Origin: Octopus sinensis
Lineage: Eukaryota
NCBI RefSeq assembly: GCF_006345805.1
Contig: NC_043006.1
Coordinates: forward strand, 73,532,001 to 73,596,000
DNA length: 64,000 bases
Reading direction: 5' to 3'
Of the stretch, positions 1 through 11,517 are shown one piece after another (position 1 is the first letter of the stretch; every line of letters begins with the position of its first letter). The notes beneath the pieces were generated by a model. The model saw only the letters and a list, made by a program, of their open reading frames with translations. It had not been told where the DNA came from and ran no database searches. A program made the position numbers and the translations under genes.

Positions 1-167
1 TGACAGTTAATATCATGTTATGCTTTGTTTTAAAGAACGATGACACGCGATGTGAGTGCGTGTGTGCATGTTTATATGTGTGTGTCAGTGTGCGTGCGTG
101 AGCGCATCTGTGTCTGTGCGAAGTGTAGGTGGTTCGAATAGAAGGAGGAATAACATCCATGTTACAG

Positions 168-242
168 ACGGAGCAGTTTATAAAACAACAACAGCAACTA
201 CTATTACTGTTGCTACTACTACTACTGCCACTAATACTGTTG

Positions 243-286
<44 letters not shown>

Positions 287-293
287 GTTGCTG

Positions 294-325
<32 letters not shown>

Positions 326-350
326 GTTGCTACTACTACTACTGTTGCTG

Positions 351-397
<47 letters not shown>

Positions 398-463
398 GTT
401 GCTACTACTACTACTACTGTTGCTGCGGCTACTCCTTCTGCAACTTGGTGGTTCTGGACGTAA
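168..463 (+). CDS. Candidate terminal exon encoding a Thr-rich (mucin-like) low-complexity segment
   Basis: AG at 166-167 is followed by (D/Y)GAVYKTTTATTITVATTT...VAAATPSATWWFWT and TAA at 461-463. The (ACT)n tract is repeatedly interrupted by in-frame GTT GCT (Val-Ala). The acceptor has a weak pyrimidine tract, so this could be a plain trinucleotide microsatellite. Confidence 0.35.
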
Positions 464-914
464 ACCGCAGCAAAAGGGATGCCTTCTGACTAGTAGCTCC
501 ATACGCTCAGACAACAACAGAACAATTAGCTTTCTTCAGATGTCTGCATGTTCTCTTACGAATTTTCTACTCTCTTTTGTCAGTGGGCGATTGAAGTATC
601 GTTTTGGATACAAATTTGAACTACGTAGAGCTAACTGATTGGAAAGACATTGCAAAAGCCTGGCAATGTAGGCGTTCTATATCACCCTATCCTTCAAGAA
701 TTGTCTCTGATGTACTTTTTTTTAATCACCCTATTCGGAAGATTATCACTTCGTTTTGTATTCTGCTTGTCTCAGCCACACGAGATAATATTTCATTAAG
801 ATGACAGACCTAAATATTTGTTGTATCTAATTTTTCGTATCTCTACGTATACTTGTCTTTCTATCTGCAACACCATTCGCAGGCACCCTGGTGTAAGTAA
901 TCCTGTTGACAATG

Positions 915-1513
915 TGCCGAAACTGCCTTGATTTTCACTCAACTGCTGATGAGGATGGTTTACATCTTGTCCTGTACGGTTTATCCGCAGTTGGTGCTTA
1001 ATTTTTTACACACACACACACACACATCTTTAATAATTTGCTAGTCTCAGCCATTATATTGTAGCCATGCTAGAGTATTACCTTCAACGGTTTAGGGCGT
1101 CAAATCGCCCACACTACTTATTTTATAGTTCGGATCTTATTCTGTCAGTCAGTTTTCGAAACCGCTGAAATACAGGAAAGTAAACATACCAGCACTGTTT
1201 GGAAGCTGTGGTGGCGACAAACGCAAACACACGCACATATACATACATATTTATACGACGGTTTCTTCAGTGTTTCCGTCAACCAAATTCACTCACAAGG
1301 CATCGTCCAGCTTCGGGCTGTAGTAGAAGACACTTGCCCAAGGTATTGCACAATAGGACCGAACCAATACGACGTGTGCACAAAGGGACAGTTATGTTTG
1401 CGCCCATCTCTCTCTCTTATATATAATTAAGCACCAACTGCGGATAAACCGTACAGGACAAGATGTAAACCATCCTCATCAGCAGTTGAGTGAAAATCAA
1501 GGCAGTTTCGGCA
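915..1513. repeat. Perfect 89 bp inverted repeat (915-1003 / 1425-1513), probably PLE-derived
   Basis: Arms are exact reverse complements by eye. They contain GAAAC and CTGATGAG motifs, but not in a foldable hammerhead order. Confidence 0.85.
1060..1404 (-). mobile_element. Degenerate tRNA-headed SINE, family A
   Basis: Diverged match to the copy at 58710-59145 (gaagacacttgcccaagg, tttccgtcaaccaaattcactcacaagg). Confidence 0.7.
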
Positions 1514-1566
1514 GGGTTATATATCCCTTTAAACTCATTATATATTTAAATATTTTCTTTTTTCGC

Positions 1567-1857
1567 CCTTTTCAAGCCTAGCCAGGCTCATTGGTCCGGC
1601 TTCCCGGTTTCTGTGGCGTATGTGTTCCCCCCACCAGCTGGACGAGATGCCAGTCAGTCGCAGCGTTACTCAAGAAACAGGAAGAGAGAGCGAGAGAAAG
1701 TTGTGGCGAAAGAGTACAACAGGGGTCGCCACCACCTCCTGCCGGAGCCTAGTGGAGGTTTTAAGTGTTTTCGCTCAATACGCCCGGTCTGGGAATCGAA
1801 ACCGCGATCCTCCGACCGCGAGTCCGCTGCCCTTACCACTGGGCCATTGCGCCTCCA
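1567..1857 (-). mobile_element. tRNA-headed SINE, family C, short-tail variant
   Basis: The minus strand starts GGAGGCGCAATGGCCCAGTGG (A box) ... GTTTCGATTCC (B box). The head is the same as at 33523; the 3' half differs and matches 51310-51475. Confidence 0.85.
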
Positions 1858-2729
1858 CATATTTAAATATACCCACATAAATAACACACATATATTTAAG
1901 AAAGAATTTTGGAATGCTTTCTAATTAATTTTAATTATTGATAGAATTAATGAGAGTGATGGATTGCCCGAATAGCTAGAACTGTCGGACTAAATGTTTT
2001 GCGGTATTTCTCCCGGTTCTTTCCAGTCAACGTTGAAATCTCGCTGAGGTCTACTTTGTCGATAAAATAAAAGTATTAATCAAATACTGAATGTGATGTA
2101 ATCCACTATTCTCATCCCTCAAAATTTCAGCCACGCATGTATGTTACATGCAGTTATTGATAGAAGCATAATCATATAAACAGAACATAAAACATAAATA
2201 TTTTAGATATGACTATACTGTAGTACATCTATTAAGGCAATTAAAAAAAAAGATGTCGGATGATGCTTTCATGCAATTTTAAATATCAGCATGCAGGGAT
2301 ATTATTCGGTACGCTTTGCTAATGTTAATTTTTATGGTTGGATGCATGATTATCTCATTTTAACAAGCTACAGTTAAGAAACGAACGCAATGACATCAGG
2401 TAGAAATGAAATGTTTATCACAAGAAGGATAAAATAAAATGTATAAAATTATAACAATGTGTACATACCTGTATGGTTCTCATAAAGCGAAGGAGTCTGT
2501 AGGCAACTGTAATAATGCAACTTGATATTAATGGTAAAGATTTTAGAAACGACTTTTTAAGGACTGTAAATGTTTTAACATGACTTAAAATTTTTCTTTC
2601 GTTCCTATTTTTCTATTTAGTATAATAGCTAAGCTCATTAGTAGGTGCGCATGCTTCTACTCAAATGTATACGTACGTATATTTGATTTGATGTATACGT
2701 GCGTATATTCGATTTTCAGTTAAACTAAT

Positions 2730-3184
2730 ATTGGTTTTAAATTTTGACACAAGGCCAGCAATTTCGTACGAGCGAGTAAGTCGAATACATTGATCCCACC
2801 CCCGACGGCACTTAAATGATATTTTTTTCATCGACTCTGACAGGATGAAAGGCATAGTCGAACCCGGCAGCATTTGAACTCAAAACGTAAAGTCGGGTGA
2901 AATGCCGCTAAGCATTTTTCCGACGCGGTAACGATTCTGGCAGCTCACTGGCTTTACTTAATCTAATATTGGTTTCAAATTTTGACACAAGGCCGGCAAT
3001 TTCGGGGTATGAGTTAGGTCGATTACATCCACCCGAGTGTTCAACAGGAACTTACTTTATCGACTCCGAATGGATGAAAGGCCAAGGCGGCCTCGGCGGA
3101 ATTATAACTCAGAACATAAAGACGGACGAAATACCACAAGGCATATTGCCCGGCGTGCTAACGATTCTCCCAGCTCGCGGCCCC
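2730..3184 (-). mobile_element. Two adjacent SINE family B copies
   Basis: Two copies of gagctggcagaatcgttagcacgccgggc ... gagttcaaat ... ttcatcct ... gtcga on the minus strand. Confidence 0.85.
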
Positions 3185-3239
3185 AAGGTAAACTAATGTT
3201 CATCACTAGTGTGTTGCCTGATTTCTTTCGATTCTTTTT

Positions 3240-3760
3240 TAACTTGCTGGATGTGAAAGAAAAGGCAGTGATCATAGTCTTTGCAAACGCTCAAAGACCG
3301 ATCAGATCGATACTGTTAAAGTTCCGTTTAAATCGGTTCAAGTCAACATTTGCAGGAAAACATGAGCTAGTAGGGTTTTCCAGAGAACGGACGGATTTCT
3401 GGAAGGAAAGGACCGTGGATAGGGTTCTGGGGAGAAGGTTGGACACAACAGGGCTGTAATGAGATAGCAAGGTGAGTGGGTCACGAGTGGTTGAGTGGAG
3501 GGTGTATAAGATTAGCTCGCTCTGAAGTACAGATGCTTTCATAACAGACAGAAAATAGCTGAAAGAAAACTGTATTCCCGTGGACTAGAGGTTGTAGCAT
3601 GTGAGTGATTCAATGACATTCACTCAAAACCGGATGTACAAATAGTAACTGTGAGATTTTGTTAATATTTTGATCTAGGTCCAACAGGTTGATAGCACGG
3701 ACTTTAGTAAGAGATCCAATCCATCGGAACTGTTTAAAGTTACCTAAGCTTGGAATGGAT
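3240..3760 (-). mobile_element. Decayed Penelope-like element fragment
   Basis: Minus-strand translations (DPLTLLSHYSP, FQKSVRSL, FKQFRWI...LLDL) loosely resemble PLE RT and linker segments. Frames are broken. Confidence 0.35.
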
Positions 3761-5181
3761 CCAAATGCAGGACTGGAACAATATGTTTTTATACTATTTG
3801 TTGTTAAGTCCATATCAACCCTGATTAAACATATTTACGATAAAACAATCTCTAGCCACAATATATGTTCTCTTTAGTAATATGTATAAGTATATTATTC
3901 ATTAAATGTTTTATTTGCTTACGGTACTAGAGTGTAATTTGAGGGAAATTTGGTTGTTATTTATACCAAGATAAGCGATTCTGAAAAGTTTTCTTTTGTT
4001 TGTTTGTTGTGGTAGCGAAAATTTTGAAAGTAAAGATTAGCTTCATCGAGATGAGCGCACGACTCGGATCCAGTTCATAGTTTAATCCCATTGCGCTCAC
4101 TCATCGTCAATGTGTGACGTTCATGGCTTCAATTAGAGAGTCAGCAAGGCATATCTTGTAAATAGAGATTAATCAGTTTTCAACGTACTTAGCTTCAGTC
4201 TTTGTTTCGTATTTCTCTAGTTTTCTTAATTTCTCGAGCCTTTCAGAGTTTTGACTAATTCAAAGGGAAAGTTAATGGATAAATTCAAGAACTTCTATTT
4301 AAAATAAATGAATTAATGACAGATATAAGTGAAAGAAATCTATTATTTTTAAAAGTAAGAAAAACATGTTTTAAGGTTCATATAATTTCAAAAAGAATTT
4401 ATGCTGCTTCTTTTTCACCCCTGACATCTCTCTATAATCTAATTGTTCATGTTATCATGGGTTGTATGCTTTTGAAAATGTAGTGATTTACATACAGGTG
4501 GAACCATAAATACGTCCTTTACACGTTGAATAGACCAAACGTTTTTACTGAAGCGCCGCAGCACACTTGGGTCGTTCGTGTTGTGTATAGTTCGCAGGTG
4601 TACTGAAAGTTTTTTTGAAGAATGTTAGACAATGGTAAGGTATTTAATAAGTGTATTTTTCATGCACCAAACGTGGTGTATTTTTCAGTGCAATTATTTT
4701 AGTGATTTTAATTAATCAGCGAGGTAAGAGCAACAGGTATGAACCCACTTCTTTTTTTTCAGATCCTCCAAGAGTGGTGGGTGGAAGGAAGAAAGTTATC
4801 TCAAAGCCGGAAATCTAGTCCGAATATTTACAACGGAATGAAATTTGTAAGACCAGGGTGGTGATGTTAAACTAAGTGAAAGATCAACTTAGAACGCAAA
4901 GAGCTCTCAATAAATTCTTCAAAGCACATCACCCGACCCTGTAAAAGTTCCGCCAATCCAGCACACTTGTCTGGTACTTTATATTATCGACCACCAACAA
5001 TCCCAAATATTGAAAAGCAAAGTTGACTTCGGTGAGATTCGAACTCAGAAAGCCAGAAAAATTGTTATGTATTCTTTTGCGGCAAAGGGCAATCCGTCAC
5101 TCTATTTCTGTCTTTAAGCGCGCGCACGCACGCACGCACACACACACACCACACACACACACACACATACACACACTCACA

Positions 5182-5224
<43 letters not shown>

Positions 5225-5498
5225 TATACATTATTTCTTCTATTACTTTTAAATGGCAGAAAGTAAAAAAAAAGTTACTATAGGGCCCAAGGTTTCGTGC
5301 ATGGGATTTATTAAACCGACTTAAAATCTGAGAGCTTAGGAAGCTCCCAGATTTGATGGCAATTTAATAAGTGCCATACGCGAAGATCTTGGCTCTTGGG
5401 TCTGTTATGTGACTTTGATAATTAACCTCTTAACATATACATTTTTTTTCAATTTCCATGCAAAAAAAAAAATATAGTTCAATATTATTTTGAATCTG

Positions 5499-5932
5499 GG
5501 ATCTTTTCGGTTTGAACGGCAGTTTTTAACATAATTTCTAGGTAACTAAAAAATTTTAAACTTCGTATACTGGTAGAATGTGTTTATAAAACATCTTTTT
5601 CTCTTGGCTTTATTGAGAAAATTCTATAGTTTGTAAGATATTTGTTGTTTTTTTTCTTCAATTTCTGCAATTTCAACCAATCAATGACGTCCATTGAGGT
5701 AAAAAAACATTCTGTGCCGTATGAATATGTCCCTCGTTTAAGAAACAGATTGGGTTTATTTACATTTCTGAAGAAAAAAAGATACCCTTCCCCCACCCCT
5801 AATCCTAACTAACCCTAACTAACCCTAACCCTAAAACATTGAAATGCAATAGATCGATACTAGGGTCATAATTATGGGTGACAATTTCATATGACATCGT
5901 TAGAAAAACTGCCGTTCAAACCGAAAAGATCC
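5499..5932. mobile_element. MITE with 29 bp perfect TIRs and internal (CCCTAA)-like repeats
   Basis: GGATCTTTTCGGTTTGAACGGCAGTTTTT at 5499-5527 and its reverse complement at 5904-5932. No ORF. cctaaccctaa repeats near 5797-5833. TSD unclear. Confidence 0.85.
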
Positions 5933-6427
5933 TGAATTTGTATATAAGGAAAAAAAAGTACACAAATTATTTTGGATCAGTTATGATTTATTATGAAGTT
6001 ACTGACCGAAATGATAATTACTGACAGTTAATAATAGAAAACGGGAATAACATCATGAACGAAGTATTTCGGGTTAGAAATAAGTGGCAGATACCTCAGA
6101 GTACAGTGAACGGATATTTTGGTTCAAATAAATATTTACTAGACATCTCTGAGCGAAAATATACAGGATAATATGTTAAGAGGTTAAAGTAAAATGTTAT
6201 ATACACAAATATATACTCATGCATTGGTTTTAGATTTTGGCACAAGGCCAGTAGTCTGAAGGGTGCGGCAAGTCGATTACATCAACCCTAGTGTCCAACA
6301 GGTACTTATTTTATCGACTCCCGCCGCAAAGGATGAAAGGCAAGGTTACTTCTAGCAGAATTTGAACTCGGAACATAAAGAGTCTGAAGAAATGCCGATA
6401 AGCATTTGTCCGGGGTGATAACAATTC

Positions 6428-7006
6428 TTTTCTATTCTAGGCACAATGCCCTAAATTTTGGGGAAGGGAGCCAGTCGATTAGATCGTCCCCAGTATGCAA
6501 CTGGAACGTAATTTATCGACCCCGAAAGGATGACAGGCAAAGTCGACCTCGGCGGAATTTGAACTCAGAACATAAAGACAAACGAAATACCTATTTCTTT
6601 ACTGCACACAAGGGGCTACACACAGAGGGGACAAACAAGGACAGACAAACGGATTAAGTCGATTATATCGACCCCAGTGCGTAAATGGTACTTATTTAAT
6701 CGGACTCGAAAGGATGACAGGCAAAATCGACCTCGGCGGAATTTGAACTCAGAACGTAGCGGCAGACAAAGTACCTATTTCTTGACTACCCACAAGGGGC
6801 TAAACACAGAGAGGCCAAACAAGGACAGACAAACGGATTAAGTCGATTACATCGGCCCCAGTACGTAACTGGTACTTAATTTATCGACTCGGAAAGGATG
6901 AAAGGCTAAGTCGACCTCGGCGGAATTTGAACTCAGAGCGTAATGGTAGACGAAATACCGCAAAGCATTTCACCCGGCGTGCTAACGATTCTGCCAGCTC
7001 ACCGCC
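6428..7006 (-). mobile_element. Head-to-tail multimer of SINE family B (about three units, plus a degenerate copy at 6228-6425)
   Basis: Repeated ~180 bp units (gtcgacctcggcggaatttgaactcaga). The full tRNA-like head GGCGGTGAGCTGGCAGAATCGTTAGC is present only on the last unit, at 6981-7006. Confidence 0.9.
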
Positions 7007-7764
7007 TTTGTATACAGTACTGTGTTGAATTCTTTTTATCTTATTTGTCTCATCAAAACACACACACACACACACACACACACAACACACACACACACAC
7101 ACAGAGTCTCTCTCTCTCTCTCTCTCTCTCTGACACACACACACACATACACACGGACGCGCATATACACAGACACACAAGCGTATATGCACACCTGTAT
7201 GATGTAACTTATAAAAAGCTGATGGTGTGTCATTACACTTCCAATGCCTTGCTTAGAGTGCAGAGAGTCGAAAAAAAAATATGATAAAGAAAAAGTTTAA
7301 CATCGTTGACGTAGACCATGATTATAAATATCAAAATAAAACTGATGAAGCCAACGAAACTCATGAGGTCTTACGTCAGGAAAATTGTAATATAAAAAAC
7401 GCACGCAAAGTGAAACAAAATTATTTTGCCATAATGAAAAAATATATATCTGAGGTTTTCGAGCAGAACTCATCATTTCTTTCGAAATAAATGTTTTTGC
7501 TTGAAACATTACGGATCTCTCTCACAAAGCAAAAATGATTTATAATACTTTGCAAGGTTTATATGCTTCTAAATTCACTAAGAAAAACATACACTTATGT
7601 ATATATAATTACCTGGATGGTTTTCTTATATGTTAAAATATGATAGTGCTGATTTGAGTTGGAGGCCCGTAGCCAAGCTGGGTCAGAGCCATAAACTCAA
7701 ATTAAAAATAATTTTGTGAACGTTTACATTTTATAGAGTATTTACAGCAAATATACGAGAGAGA

Positions 7765-7815
<51 letters not shown>

Positions 7816-7858
7816 GGGAGAAGATTAGGGATATAGAAGATGTATGTATGAGTGCATG

Positions 7859-7901
<43 letters not shown>

Positions 7902-8012
7902 ATAGTAAAAAGTGAAAAAACTACAGAAGGCTTAAAGGTTAAAAAATATATCTTTGAGTCAATATGTCTGAAGAGTATTAAAAATTTTTTTCTTACAATG
8001 ACATAGTTTAGA

Positions 8013-8049
8013 AGAAAGACCGGTTTCGCGTTTAGCTTTTCAAATTTCT
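8013..8049 (-). ncRNA. Degenerate minimal type I hammerhead motif with U3-A8 core
   Basis: Minus strand: AGAAA-U-UUGAAAA-GC UAAAC GC-GAAA-CCG-GUC-UUUCU. Stem I is 5 bp with one extra U; stem II is only 2 bp; stem III palindrome is ACCGGU. Confidence 0.4.
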
Positions 8050-8296
8050 AACGTCGTTATGATTGATTCTAGTTTCAGCTCATGAGCTGTGGCCATGCTG
8101 GGGCACCGCCATGCTGGGGCACCGCCATAAGTGTATGTTTATGTTGAACAGAGTTATCGTTATGTTTATGTTTAAAAGAGTTCTAAATAAGGGGAGGTAA
8201 TGAGTGATTTCTTTATGTTTAAGCCTTCTGTAGTTTTTTCACTTTTTACTATTTTCTATATATTCAACCACGTGCTTTCACAAACCAACTTTCTTA

Positions 8297-8352
<56 letters not shown>

Positions 8353-8593
8353 TCTATTCTAGGCACCAGGCCCAAAATTCTTGGGGAGGGGACCAGTCGA
8401 TTAGGTTGACCCCAGTACGCAACTGGTACTTAATTTATCAACTCCGAAAGGATATCTAAGCATGTGATATGTTTATTTCTCCGTTATTTTTTTTCTTTAT
8501 GTAGTAGTTGAAATATAACGGAGAAATAAATATATCACATGTTTATATGAAAATATAGAAAAGTTTGTGTATTATTGTTATAATTATATTATA

Positions 8594-9137
8594 CGAGCAA
8601 AACGCCCCCCCCCCGTCCAATGGACGGGTGCTGAGTTGTCAAACATTTAAACCAAATTTTCTCAAAACAACTTGTCCGACCGTCCCATAGGCCTCCCCTT
8701 TGTGAAACACTGATTTAACCTAAATTTGGGACACCAGCAAAAGAAGAAATAAAGATAGAATTTTTTTCTATTCCAAAGAAAAACGATTTTATTCACACAA
8801 ATGTGCAACCGAAGAGTATAAAGTACCAGTAATGATAAGGCTGTTGACTGGGAGAACACGAACATGGCTTAAACAGTAAACTTGGCAGGAAAGAAACGTG
8901 CTTTTAAGCAGTACAAAAACAACAAAAAATGGAAAGTGCAGTTATGTACAGGATGACGGAAGAAAAGCAGGACAAAAACGGCTTTATCGATTTTTGGAAT
9001 CGATTTTTGTAATTTTTTCGAACACTTATACACGCCTTGATACCGTCGGTATATACATATCAAACTTGAGCGCAATCGGATGAAGGATGCCCGAGATCCG
9101 AAAAGACAGACAGACAGAACAAATTTTATATTAGAGA
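8594..9137 (-). mobile_element. Non-autonomous Helitron-like element, copy 1
   Basis: The minus strand begins TC(TAATATAAAATTTGTTCTGTCTGTC) and ends with hairpin CCCGTCCA-T-TGGACGGG about 20 nt before GCTCG|T. A homologous copy lies at 40076-40582. Confidence 0.65.
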
Positions 9138-9229
9138 TAATTATAATGATACAAACTATATACTGCACTAATCCTCCCTTCTAAACACATCTAATACGTA
9201 TGCACCTATGAGTATGTTTGAGTGGAAAT

Positions 9230-9288
<59 letters not shown>

Positions 9289-9977
9289 ATATAAATATAT
9301 ATGTGTGTGTGTGTGTATGTATATATATATGTTCCTCATGCATATACAGTTTCATTCTTACATAACTAAAATAATTTTAAGATATCTTGATTTTATAAAT
9401 TACAATATTACTCCTCTTATAACTTTCTCATACCTCTTTATATTCTATCTAATATGAATAATGTAATGCATCAAATAATAATAATAACAATAATAATAAT
9501 TGATTCTTTTGTATGCATATACATGCAAATATGCATGTACATTTAAGTGTAGGTATATGTATTTATGTATATTTATATATATGTCTATATATGCATAGGT
9601 ATGTATATGTGTGTATAATTATAACTTAACCTTATGTACTTTCTAAAATCTCTGACGAAGCCTACAGAAACACTTAAGTACCTCAATTTCATCTACTAAT
9701 TACTTCAGTCTACTGGAGGGATAAAAATAAAATGAGGTATTTTTGCCTCTTGGCTGAAACAGCTGTAAGATATTTTCCCAATTTCTATTCCTGTATGTTA
9801 TATATTTTAATAATTACTGGTATCTTTATATGTTTTATATATTATATATGTAAACCATAATATGTTATTTTAGTACATAAATAAATAAATAAATTGACAT
9901 AATATAATGTCTAAAAGTTGATGAATACCACCTATTGATCCCCTCCATTTTCTTAATGTTCTCTCTCTCTCTCTTTT

Positions 9978-10026
<49 letters not shown>

Positions 10027-10194
10027 GTATATATATGTATACATATACATACATACATACATATATAGGCATATATATAGACATAGATAAACATATATGT
10101 ATACACATACACACACACACATATATATATAAATCACTGATAGGGACACCGTATTACGTTTTGCAGCTATACTATACTAACAAAAATATAAGGC

Positions 10195-10410
10195 AGCGAG
10201 CAGACAGAATCGTTAGCAAACCGGGCGAAATGCTGAGCAGCATTTCGTCCTTCGTTACGTTCTATGTTAAAATTTCGCCGCGGTAGACTTTGCCTTTCAT
10301 CCTTCCGGTGTCGACAAAATAGGTATCAGTTGAACACTGTGGTCGAGGTGATTGACTTACCCCCTCCTTCGAACCTGTTGGCTTTGTGCCAACATTTGAA
10401 AGCAATATAC
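10195..10410 (+). mobile_element. SINE family B
   Basis: ggcagcgagcagacagaatcgttagc ... tttgcctttcatccttccggtgtcgac. Confidence 0.85.
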
Positions 10411-10612
10411 TACGAAGTATATTAAAAATAGAAGTCAATCCATTTTGTGTTAGCTGTGCGTTGTTTTCTCTTTTAAGTTCATCTCTACAGATTTTTTATA
10501 GAATTTAGACCCAACACTGAAAGTTACAATGTTTCGTATACGAATACATTTACGTAAACATTGCGATCAAAGAGAGAAAAATAGTTAATAGTTGCTGTTT
10601 CTTCAGTGCAAT

Positions 10613-10928
10613 ATCCAACCCATTAACTATATACGAATACCTTGCTTAGATATCCACTAAGTTTAGCGGTGTAACACTATTGGATAGACCAAATTTACAT
10701 ATTAAACTCATTCTTGGCAATTGGTACGTATATATTAATTCCTGGTCGGGACATTGGATTACGGTTTTCAACCATAATCTGCTACCAGGTATAATAAAAG
10801 TTCATAAATCAATACTGTATCCTACTTTTTGTGTTAGCAATGCGACGCTTACCCCTACCAGCAATTAATTTTAGAGAAACTTAGTCGCTTTTTAAGCAAT
10901 GTATTGGTGGATAGTTAATGGGTTGGAT
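10613..10928. mobile_element. Old MITE-like element with ~50 bp degenerate TIRs, inside a larger degenerate inverted repeat (~10476-10580 / ~10990-11095)
   Basis: atccaacccattaactat at 10613 and atagttaatgggttggat ending at 10928. Flanks are gcaat / gcgat. Confidence 0.45.
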
Positions 10929-11270
10929 GCGATGTTGAAGAATAAGTAATAACTCCTAAAATATGCATATGCACCAATTGCCAATTCTTATCTCTTCAAT
11001 CGAATTTTTTACATACACGTATTCGTATACGAAACGTCGTAGCATTCAAAGCTGGCTCTAAATTCTATAGAAAATCTGTAGAGATAAACTTGAAAAATTA
11101 TATATATATTACGACCAGCGGTCACTTTCTCTATTACAGTCAACGATTCTAGTCAATGCACAAGACAGCCATTATGCTCCCCCACACAAAACACCACCAC
11201 GTGGACTCTGTTGAGGCTAGTAATAACAAATTATGAACTTTTTTATTACACTTAACTTTTAAAAATATAT

Positions 11271-11317
11271 ATTTTTGATAAGGTTCGTTTTTTTCAAGAA
11301 GAACCGAAACGTAAAAT
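11271..11317 (+). ncRNA. Minimal type I hammerhead motif with U3-A8 core
   Basis: AUUU-UUGAUAA-GGUUC(14 nt loop)GAACC-GAAA-C-GUA-AAAU. Stem I 4 bp, stem II 5 bp closed by G-C, stem III palindrome ACGU, predicted GUA site at 11311-11313. Confidence 0.55.
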
Positions 11318-11482
11318 CTTTCATAAAATTAAAATTTATCTTATATAGTGGCGTTTTCAAACTTCTTTTTTACAAATATATACCCACTCGTATGCCACCT
11401 ACACTTTATATATATATACCTCGTGTGTACCGTTGGCGATTTTTCCTCTGTCTTCCCTTCTCTGGATCTTTCCTTCTCCTAT

Positions 11483-11517
11483 GTTTCCGACGAAGAGCTT
11501 CGCTCGAAACGTTGAAC
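11483..11517 (+). ncRNA. Degenerate PLE-type hammerhead motif (C3-G8, U4C)
   Basis: GUUU-CCGACGA-A-GAGC UUC GCUC-GAAA-C-GUU-GAAC. Related, more decayed copies lie near 49796-49825 (+) and 41410-41440 (-). Confidence 0.45.

Noticed and set aside
2469-2506. Possible minus-strand microexon (AG acceptors at 2497-2498 or 2507-2508, GTATGT donor at 2463-2468)
   Set aside because: Isolated 28-38 bp segment with no partner exon or recognisable peptide; such signals occur by chance.
4598-4820. Chain of plus-strand splice signals giving ...AIILVILINQR-DPPRVVGG...
   Set aside because: Needs introns of only 54 and 39 bp. RVVGG is followed by a stop within about ten codons and no trypsin motifs.
7338-7375. 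CTGATGA-agccaac-GAAA-ctcatgag-GTC hammerhead-like string; also 9648-9680
   Set aside because: Stem I pairs over at most 2 bp and stem II is essentially absent.
7281-7490. 69 aa ORF with ordinary-looking composition
   Set aside because: No recognisable motif and no convincing splice context.
11010-11045. GTAT/ATAC hairpin followed by GAAAC-GTC; also the 3' halves at 12602-12615 and 51533-51545
   Set aside because: No CUGANGA or UUGANAA strand at the required position.
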